Virus record (IMG/VR): IMGVR_UViG_3300037470_000100
Coordinates: 1-24,567 of that record
Origin: a virus
Taxonomy: Duplodnaviria > Caudoviricetes
Direction: 5' to 3' (one strand)
DNA length: 24,567 bases
Shown: in pieces, positions 19,274 through 24,567 of the stretch
How the letters are laid out: each line of letters starts with the position of its first letter
Position numbering within the stretch: position 1 is the first letter of the stretch
Translations under genes and position numbers: made by a program
Notes under the pieces: model-generated
Seen by the model: the letters and a program-made list of their open reading frames with translations, nothing else
What the model was told of the DNA's origin: nothing
Databases searched by the model: none

Positions 19274-19302
19274 GGAGACAAAGCGGCCCGTGAGCAAAGT
19301 TG

Positions 19303-19328
19303 AGGGCGTGGCATAGGCCGCGCCTTTT
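19303..19328 (+). terminator. Rho-independent terminator between tail and lysis modules
   Basis: Stem AGGGCGTGGC/GCCGCGCCTT (with G-U pairs) and ATAG loop, ending in TTTT. Confidence 0.6.
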
Positions 19329-19401
19329 CGCCTATCTTCGACGCCGAGCAATGGAGGGCGCCCGCGACCGGATGGCAACCGGGCCAAGGGAAGCTCTCGG
19401 G

Positions 19402-19614
19402 ATGATTAGCCGGGCCATTCACTACGCTATCGAGCGGGCCGCAAGCCCCGCCGACGTGACGGCGTTCGCCCTCGTGCTGGCGACCGTCGCGGAAGCCTTG
19501 CCCCCAATCTCGGCGGGGCTCTCGATCGTGTGGCTCTCGATCCGCATATGGGACTCCCGCCCGGTGCGCGAGTGGACCGGGCGTCCCGTTTATCGCAGGG
19601 AGCGGGACGAGTGA
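19402..19614 (+). CDS. Putative holin
   Basis: 70 aa with hydrophobic segments VTAFALVLATVA and LPPISAGLSIVWLSIRIW plus a charged C-terminus; first gene of the lysis region. Start uncertain (19351, 19372 or 19402). Confidence 0.65.
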   Translation: MISRAIHYAIERAASPADVTAFALVLATVAEALPPISAGLSIVWLSIRIWDSRPVREWTGRPVYRRERDE

Positions 19615-20840
19615 GGCTCTCGCTCGATCGGGCGGCCGAGATTGTCGCGACCTATGAGGCGGCGGGCTCGGTGCGGGCGGCGGCCAGCGCCTACGGGTGC
19701 GGCAAGTCGTATTTCCACAAGCTCCTGACGGCGGCGCGCGCCGCCGAGCACACGCCCGACGGCTACCACGCCGCCCGCGTCTCGACCACGCTCGACAAGG
19801 CGGGCGAGGTGAAGGCGACGAGCGTCGTCGCGAAGCGCGGCCCGGGCGAGGCGCACGTCGTGCCAGAGGGCCACGGCGTGAAGCGCGTCTCGGCTCTTCT
19901 CGACTCCGACGGCCGCGTGATTCAGAAGTGGGTGATCTCGGCCGCCGGCGCCGACGCCCTCGACGACGCGATCGCCACGGTGCGCGCCGAGCTTGCCGAC
20001 GCCGAGCGCCTCGCGCCCCTCGCGGCCCCGGCGCACACCGACGACGACTTGCTTACCGTCTATCCCGTCGTCGATCAGCACCACGGGCTCTATGCGTGGG
20101 CGCCCGAGGCGGGCGAAGACTTCGACCTCGCCACGAGCGAGGCGCTCTTGAAGAGCCAGCTTCGCCAGCTTGTCGCGCTCGCGCCGCCCGCGCGTCGGGC
20201 TCAAATTCTCGGGCTCGGCGACTTCCTGCACGCCGACACGCAGGACGCGAAGACGCCCGCGAGCGGACACTTCCTTGACCGTGACGGACGGCAGTCGAAG
20301 GTGATCCGCTCGGGCTTCGGCTTGCTCCGGTGGGCGATCGACCTCGCGCTCTCGAAGCACGAGAGCGTGAGCGTGACGATCCGAGCGGGCAATCACGACC
20401 CCATGGCCGCGATCTATCTCTCGCACATGATCGACGTTGCTTATGAGAACGAGCCGCGCGTGAGCGTCGATCTCGACCCCTCGCTCTTCTGGTTTGCCAC
20501 GTTTGGGCGCGTGCTTCTCGCCGCGACGCACGGGCACACCGTCAAGCCCGCTGACTTCGCCGCCGTGATGGCGGCCGAGTGCGGCACGGCGTGGGGCGAT
20601 ACCGAGCACCGGCACGGCTTTCAGGGGCACATTCACCACGAGACGTTGATCGAGCGGGGCGGCGCGATCGTCGAGACGTTCCAGACCATCGCGGCGAAAG
20701 ACGCATGGCACGCGAGCAAGGGTTACTCGTCGGGCCGCTCAATGACCGCGCTCACCTTTCACCGCGAGCTAGGCCGCGTGGGGCGCGTGTGGGCGCCCGT
20801 GCTTCGCCGTCGGCGAGGCGCCCGGGTGATCGAGCTATGA
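19611..20840 (+). CDS. Calcineurin-like metallophosphoesterase with N-terminal HTH
   Basis: All five motifs are present: DQH, GDFLH, GNHD, THGH, GHIHH. N-terminal GSVRAAASAYGCGKSYFHKLL looks like an HTH. GTGA overlap with the holin. Confidence 0.85.
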   Translation: MRLSLDRAAEIVATYEAAGSVRAAASAYGCGKSYFHKLLTAARAAEHTPDGYHAARVSTTLDKAGEVKATSVVAKRGPGEAHVVPEGHGVKRVSALLDSDGRVIQKWVISAAGADALDDAIATVRAELADAERLAPLAAPAHTDDDLLTVYPVVDQHHGLYAWAPEAGEDFDLATSEALLKSQLRQLVALAPPARRAQILGLGDFLHADTQDAKTPASGHFLDRDGRQSKVIRSGFGLLRWAIDLALSKHESVSVTIRAGNHDPMAAIYLSHMIDVAYENEPRVSVDLDPSLFWFATFGRVLLAATHGHTVKPADFAAVMAAECGTAWGDTEHRHGFQGHIHHETLIERGGAIVETFQTIAAKDAWHASKGYSSGRSMTALTFHRELGRVGRVWAPVLRRRRGARVIEL

Positions 20841-21388
20841 CGCCCGTCGTCGGCTTCTGTGGCCGCTCTGGCGCCGGCAAGAGCACGGCGGCGGCGGCGC
20901 TTGTCGAGGCGGGCTTCGTGCGCGTGAAGTTCGCTGGGGCGCTCAAAGTCATGATGCGCGCCTTCTACTTAGCGGCCGGGCTCTCAATCGACGAGATCGA
21001 GCGGCGGATCGAGGGCGACTTGAAGGAAGAGCCCGACGAGCTTCTCGGCGGGCGCACGCCCCGCTTCGCAATGCAGACGATCGGCACCGAGTGGGGCCGC
21101 GAGATCGTCTCCCCCGACCTGTGGTTGCGCGCATGGCGCGGCCGCGTCGAGTCCGTGCTTCGCGCCGGGGGGCGCGTCGTCGTGGACGATCTTCGCTTCG
21201 CCAACGAGGCCGAGGCCGTGCGCCGGCTTGGCGGCCGCGTCGTCGAGATCACCGGCCGCGAGAAGGCCGTCGAGGCGCACGCGAGCGAGTCGCGCGACTT
21301 CGCGCCCGACATGACGATCAGCAACACCGGGACGGAGGCCGAGCTTCGCGGTGCCGCCCTTTACATCTTCGGGAGTGACGAGACATGA
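20837..21388 (+). CDS. Deoxynucleoside monophosphate kinase
   Basis: P-loop GRSGAGKST; FAGALK, TPRFAMQTIGTEWGR, DDLRFANEA and HASE motifs; ATGA overlaps at both ends. Confidence 0.9.
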   Translation: MTPVVGFCGRSGAGKSTAAAALVEAGFVRVKFAGALKVMMRAFYLAAGLSIDEIERRIEGDLKEEPDELLGGRTPRFAMQTIGTEWGREIVSPDLWLRAWRGRVESVLRAGGRVVVDDLRFANEAEAVRRLGGRVVEITGREKAVEAHASESRDFAPDMTISNTGTEAELRGAALYIFGSDET

Positions 21389-22410
21389 CCATCGCAACGC
21401 CCGCCGCCTACCGGGCCGCCGCCGAGGAAGTCGGTTGCACCGTGGCGACGATCCGTGCCGTGTTCCGCGTCGAGGCGTCGGGGCGCTTCTTCAATCCCGA
21501 CGGGACTCTCGTGCGCCGCTTCGAGCCGCACCACTTCCCGGGCGCGCACTGGCCGACGCTCGGTTTCGCGCCGCGCGCGGCGGCGCCGTGGCGCGCGTCG
21601 AAGCGGCTCTCGAAGCGCCGGCGGGCGGCCATGTATGATGCCGCCGAGCGGATCGACGCCGAGGCGGCGGCCCGGGCCGCGTCGTGGGGCGCGGCTCAGA
21701 TAATGGGCTTCAATCACGCGGCCGCCGGCTACGGCTCGGCCCTCGACATGGTGCGCGCCTTCGAGGCGTCGGCCGACGAGCACGTGATCGCCTTCGCCCG
21801 CTTCGTCGTCTCGAAGGGGCTCGACTCGGCGCTTCGCGGGAGCGACTGGCACACCTTCGCCACGGGCTACAACGGCACCGGACAGGCCGCCGCTTATGCC
21901 GCCAAGATCGAGAGCTCCTTCCGGCGCGAGACGGGGGGCAGGAAGTCGCCCGCCGTGGTGCGCGATGGCGCCGCAGGCGCGAGCGTCGTCGCGCTGCAAG
22001 AGCACCTCGTCGCGGCGGGCTACCACGTCGAGAGCGACGGCACCTTCGGCCCCGCCACCCGGGCGGCCGTCGTGCGGTTTCAGGGCGACCACGGGCTCGC
22101 CGCCGACGGCGTGGCGGGCGCCCGCACGTGGGCCAAGCTCCGCGAGGTTGCCTCGAATAGCAGCGATCTCGGCCCCACTTTTAGCGCGGCCCCGCTCCCC
22201 ACGCCGAAGCCTCAGCAGGGCGCGGCCGAGCGCCTCGTCGAGCGCGCCGTCGGCAGCGTCGGCCCGATGGGCGCGGCGGGCATGGGCGGCGCCCTTCTCG
22301 ACCGGCTCGGCGACCACGCCGTGACGATCCTCGTTGGCGGCGTGGTCGCCGCCGGGCTCGTGGTGCTCGCCGTGTGGGCGGCGCCGAAGATCAGGGAGTC
22401 GATCGCGTGA
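21385..22410 (+). CDS. Endolysin: N-acetylmuramidase (DUF3380-like) + peptidoglycan-binding domain + C-terminal hydrophobic helix
   Basis: VEASG, FEPHHF, SWGAAQIMGFN and FATGYNG motifs; PG-binding DGTFGPAT..AV..FQ..HGL.ADGVAG..TW; C-terminal VTILVGGVVAAGLVVLAVWA. Confidence 0.93.
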   Translation: MTIATPAAYRAAAEEVGCTVATIRAVFRVEASGRFFNPDGTLVRRFEPHHFPGAHWPTLGFAPRAAAPWRASKRLSKRRRAAMYDAAERIDAEAAARAASWGAAQIMGFNHAAAGYGSALDMVRAFEASADEHVIAFARFVVSKGLDSALRGSDWHTFATGYNGTGQAAAYAAKIESSFRRETGGRKSPAVVRDGAAGASVVALQEHLVAAGYHVESDGTFGPATRAAVVRFQGDHGLAADGVAGARTWAKLREVASNSSDLGPTFSAAPLPTPKPQQGAAERLVERAVGSVGPMGAAGMGGALLDRLGDHAVTILVGGVVAAGLVVLAVWAAPKIRESIA

Positions 22411-22532
22411 CTCACATGCTGGCAGCGTTGTTCGGCTATCGGGCCGCCGATCTCGTCGGTGAGATCGAGCGCAACTTTCACCTCTTCCGCCCGCGTCGGC
22501 GGCGCCCCTCGGTGAAGGAGTGGAGAACATGA
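22407..22532 (+). CDS. 41-aa hypothetical protein in the lysis cassette (not in the ORF track)
   Basis: AGGGAG RBS 8 nt upstream; GTGA overlap with the endolysin stop and ATGA overlap with the i-spanin start. Sequence: MTHMLAALFGYRAADLVGEIERNFHLFRPRRRRPSVKEWRT. Confidence 0.65.
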   Translation: MTHMLAALFGYRAADLVGEIERNFHLFRPRRRRPSVKEWRT

Positions 22533-22816
22533 TTGCCCTACCGTCGGCCGCCGCCGTGCTCGGCGTCGTCGGCCGCAAGACGTTCCTCGCCGCCGCTGGC
22601 GGCTTCGTCGCCGGGCTCGTGGCAATGCGCCTCGTCGCCGGGCTCGTGTTGATCCCGGCGGCCGAGGAAGTCGCCCGGGCAGAGGTGCGCGCCGAGTATG
22701 CGATCGAGGCGGCGCGCGCCGTCACCGAGGCCGCGCGAGAGTCGCGCCAGATCGAAAGGGAAGTCGGCAATGCGACGGATTCTGATCTCCGCGACGCTCT
22801 TCGCGGCGCTCGCTAG
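22529..22816 (+). CDS. Inner-membrane spanin (Rz-like)
   Basis: GGAG RBS; N-terminal TM segment followed by a helical Ala/Glu/Arg region; overlaps the downstream lipoprotein gene. Confidence 0.7.
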   Translation: MIALPSAAAVLGVVGRKTFLAAAGGFVAGLVAMRLVAGLVLIPAAEEVARAEVRAEYAIEAARAVTEAARESRQIEREVGNATDSDLRDALRGAR

Positions 22817-23042
22817 CGCGGCGTGCACGACGCCCGCCCCCGTGGCGGTGGGCGACTATTGCGCCCGGGCGAGCCGTGTCGAGCTTCGCGACCTTTGCGC
22901 CGTCGGCGAGGCGCCCGCGCTCTCGCCCGACGGGTGGGGCTCGTGCTCGCTCACCACGCGCGCCGACGCGGTGCGACTTGCGGCCGAGGCCCGCAAGTAT
23001 GACCGGGCGTGCCCGGCGCCGAGGGGGGCTTTCGGCGGGTGA
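22770..23042 (+). CDS. Outer-membrane spanin lipoprotein (Rz1-like)
   Basis: Signal peptide MRRILISATLFAALASAA-C with a lipobox Cys; Pro/Cys-rich; partly overlaps the i-spanin in another frame. Confidence 0.75.
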   Translation: MRRILISATLFAALASAACTTPAPVAVGDYCARASRVELRDLCAVGEAPALSPDGWGSCSLTTRADAVRLAAEARKYDRACPAPRGAFGG

Positions 23043-23068
23043 CACGCGGTGCCGCTTCGTGTAACTCC

Positions 23069-23102
23069 GGGGCGTCGGGTGATTCCGGCGCCCCTTCCCT
23101 TT
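23069..23102 (+). terminator. Terminator closing the late/lysis transcript
   Basis: Stem GGGGCGTCGG/CCGGCGCCCC followed by TTCCCTTT. Confidence 0.7.
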
Positions 23103-23175
23103 GTGCAACTCTTTGTGCATCGGGGCGATCTATGGGCCGCGAAGAGCCCGCAAGCCCTTGAAGTCGCAGGACTTC

Positions 23176-23214
23176 GGCGACGTGGCGGAGTGGTTACGCA
23201 GCGGACTGCAAATC
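23176..23214 (+). tRNA. 5' half of tRNA-Cys(GCA), partial; att core rather than a functional tRNA
   Basis: GGCGACG-TG-GCGGAGTGGTTACGC-A-GCGGA-CTGCAAA-TC gives the acceptor 5' strand, D arm and anticodon GCA (23208-23210). Similarity stops 2 nt after the loop; there is no T arm or 3' acceptor strand. Confidence 0.88.
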
Positions 23215-23251
23215 GTCTCACAGTGGCACATTGCGACACGTTCCGCACATA

Positions 23252-23264
23252 TATCAACGCCTTG
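23252..23264 (+). promoter_or_regulatory. IHF binding site
   Basis: TATCAACGCCTTG matches WATCAANNNNTTR exactly. A weaker site, CTTCAAGGGCTTG, is on the minus strand at 23151-23163. Confidence 0.7.
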
Positions 23265-23278
23265 CGCCGAGCCCTCGC

Positions 23279-23318
23279 ACACCGCGAAACACCCCGAAAC
23301 ACCGCTTAACACCGTTTC
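23279..23318 (+). repeat. Four helically phased 10-bp repeats (candidate excisionase/RDF sites)
   Basis: ACACCGCGAA ACACCCCGAA ACACCGCTTA ACACCGTTTC; ACACC starts at 23279, 23289, 23299 and 23309. Confidence 0.7.
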
Positions 23319-23368
23319 TTAGTGCAAAACTTTGTGCGGATCAGTGTCACACGGCGTCACATTTGGAC

Positions 23369-23397
23369 TCGACATTGTGCCAGCGAGCGCCGATAAT
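23369..23397 (+). promoter_or_regulatory. Sigma70-like promoter
   Basis: TCGACA-N17-GATAAT (5/6 and 5/6 matches), upstream of the AGGAG RBS at 23421-23425. Confidence 0.6.
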
Positions 23398-23434
23398 CGG
23401 GGCATCGACTCACCCGGATTAGGAGTCCGTGCAC

Positions 23435-23578
23435 ATGACCGCTTGGACGAAGAAGAAAGAGGCAGAGTTTAAGCGCCTCGATCGGAAGGTGCTCAACGGC
23501 AAGGCAACCCGTCGCGAGATCGAGCGCGCCTTCGACTTGAAGCGCGAGCGCGCCGAGGCCCGGAAGGCTTCGGCATGA
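23435..23578 (+). CDS. 47-aa basic hypothetical protein (not in the ORF track)
   Basis: AGGAG RBS; sequence MTAWTKKKEAEFKRLDRKVLNGKATRREIERAFDLKRERAEARKASA; ATGA overlap with the next ORF. Confidence 0.75.
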   Translation: MTAWTKKKEAEFKRLDRKVLNGKATRREIERAFDLKRERAEARKASA

Positions 23579-23772
23579 CCGCCCGCGACGCATGGCGGCA
23601 GTGCTACCGCCGCGCCCGGGTGATCGCGGCCACCGGGCCGCGCTTCTTCCATATCCTCGCGATCGCGGGTGACGACGCGGCCGCCGCCGGTTTCGGCTCG
23701 ATCCGCTTCCGCGTCACGGGCCGCCGCGTCGAGCTTGCGCGCCGCCAGCCGTGGCGGAAGGTGACGGCATGA
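23575..23772 (+). CDS. Hypothetical protein (65 aa)
   Basis: ATGA overlaps at both ends. Confidence 0.65.
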   Translation: MTARDAWRQCYRRARVIAATGPRFFHILAIAGDDAAAAGFGSIRFRVTGRRVELARRQPWRKVTA

Positions 23773-24005
23773 GCGCCCGCCGCATCCCCGGTGCCCGAAA
23801 GTGTGTCGGCGGCTATAAGCCGATCATCGCGCACCCCGACGGGCGCACCGAAGTCGTCGGGCTCCGCTTCCGTCCCGCTGATGGCGGCCGCGACATGCGC
23901 CGCGCGTCAGGCCGGAAACTCGAGACGCGCGACGAGGCGATCGCCTACGCGCAACGGGTGATCGACGCGCGGGCCGAGCGCGCAAGCCGCGAGGCGACGG
24001 AATGA
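23769..24005 (+). CDS. Hypothetical protein (78 aa)
   Basis: ATG23769 overlaps the previous stop; AAGGTG upstream; ATGA overlap downstream. Confidence 0.65.
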   Translation: MSARRIPGARKCVGGYKPIIAHPDGRTEVVGLRFRPADGGRDMRRASGRKLETRDEAIAYAQRVIDARAERASREATE

Positions 24006-24217
24006 GCGAGCCGAAGGTGACATTTCACCGCGACGGGCGCGTGAGCGTCGAGGGCGTCACGGTGGGGCACGCCGAACACTTTCCCTACGACCCGACGCCG
24101 TGGCACTTTCGGCCGATCGACGGCCGTGGGCACGCGGGCGCGCAGCGGCGCGTCGTGCTCTCCCGCCCCACGCTTCGCGCCTACGCTAGACTCCAGAAAG
24201 AGGGGAAGACGGAATGA
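24002..24217 (+). CDS. Hypothetical protein (71 aa)
   Basis: GAGG RBS; ATGA overlaps at both ends. Confidence 0.65.
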   Translation: MSEPKVTFHRDGRVSVEGVTVGHAEHFPYDPTPWHFRPIDGRGHAGAQRRVVLSRPTLRAYARLQKEGKTE

Positions 24218-24417
24218 AAATCAGCGAAGCGAAGGCGGCGCAAGCCGCGATCGAAGAGGCGGCCCGCCGCCTTAATGCGGAGATCGAGGGGGCCGCCGAG
24301 CGCGGGCTTGCGATCGAGATCGAGATTACCGAGCAAGGGTGGATCACCCGCGCCACCCCGACTCCGCGCGTGCGGGTGAGCGCCCGGATCGCGCCGGGCG
24401 ACGTTGAGGAGGGGTGA
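24214..24417 (+). CDS. Hypothetical protein (67 aa)
   Basis: Purine-rich RBS; ATGA overlap with the previous ORF. Confidence 0.65.
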   Translation: MKISEAKAAQAAIEEAARRLNAEIEGAAERGLAIEIEITEQGWITRATPTPRVRVSARIAPGDVEEG

Positions 24418-24421
24418 GGCC

Positions 24422-24567
24422 GTGACCGAAGACTTCGCCCGCATCAACGCCCCGCGCGTCGAGAAAATCCTTTACGCCCTCGACGTGATCGAGAAGAGCG
24501 CCCGATCGCAAAAGGCCCTCGACCGCGTGCCCGGCTTGCTGGCGCCCGTGGCCGAGCGCCTCGCGGC
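24422..24567 (+). CDS. Hypothetical protein, truncated by the window end
   Basis: GGAGG/GAGG upstream of GTG24422; frame MTEDFARINAPRVEKILYALDVIEKSARSQ... stays open to the end. Confidence 0.55.
   Translation, partial: MTEDFARINAPRVEKILYALDVIEKSARSQKALDRVPGLLAPVAERLA

Larger units (their letters stand above)
23099..23338. mobile_element. Phage attachment site attP (tyrosine-integrase type)
   Basis: The tRNA-fragment core is flanked on both sides by paired 9-bp direct repeats with 12-bp period: CTTTGTGCA at 23099 and 23111; CTTAGTGCA at 23318 and CTTTGTGCG at 23330. An IHF consensus and phased repeats lie between. Confidence 0.8.

Noticed and set aside
17600-19300. Diversity-generating retroelement acting on the tail tip
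   Set aside because: No reverse transcriptase is present, and I saw no template/variable repeat pair in the window.
23176-23250. Complete phage-encoded tRNA-Cys
   Set aside because: There is no TTC-containing T arm or 3' acceptor strand, and the anticodon stem pairs only partly.
23279-23318. Mini CRISPR array or replication iterons
   Set aside because: The 10-bp period leaves no room for spacers, and no cas or rep gene is nearby; the att context fits better.
23049-23422. ORFs called across the att region (23049-23309, 23101-23322, 23231-23422 and the reverse ones)
   Set aside because: They run through a terminator, the tRNA fragment and repeats, and lack an RBS; the region is better explained as non-coding attP.
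23366-23427. Three GANTC sites around the promoter as CcrM/GcrA control
   Set aside because: GANTC is common throughout this sequence, so local enrichment cannot be claimed without counting.
1-24567. Gene transfer agent cluster
   Set aside because: The long tape measure protein, linked full lysis cassette, attP and accessory genes indicate a true temperate phage.

Overview
This window is the left ~24.5 kb of a GC-rich temperate siphovirus, probably infecting an Alphaproteobacterium, with all genes on the + strand. The order is: probable cos-proximal end, terS, terL, HK97-type portal, protease and capsid, head-tail joining genes, tail tube, tail chaperone with a -1 frameshift, tape measure protein, and a tail-tip cluster. 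The 1517-aa tip protein carries three putative carbohydrate modules and is followed by a truncated sialyltransferase-like ORF. Next comes a lysis cassette in which an HTH-metallophosphoesterase and a dNMP kinase sit between the holin and the endolysin. After it lies a complete-looking attP whose core is the 5' half, not the usual 3' half, of a tRNA-Cys(GCA). No integrase is adjacent; instead a sigma70-like promoter precedes a string of tiny coupled ORFs. All family assignments come from motif recognition by eye, with no database searches.
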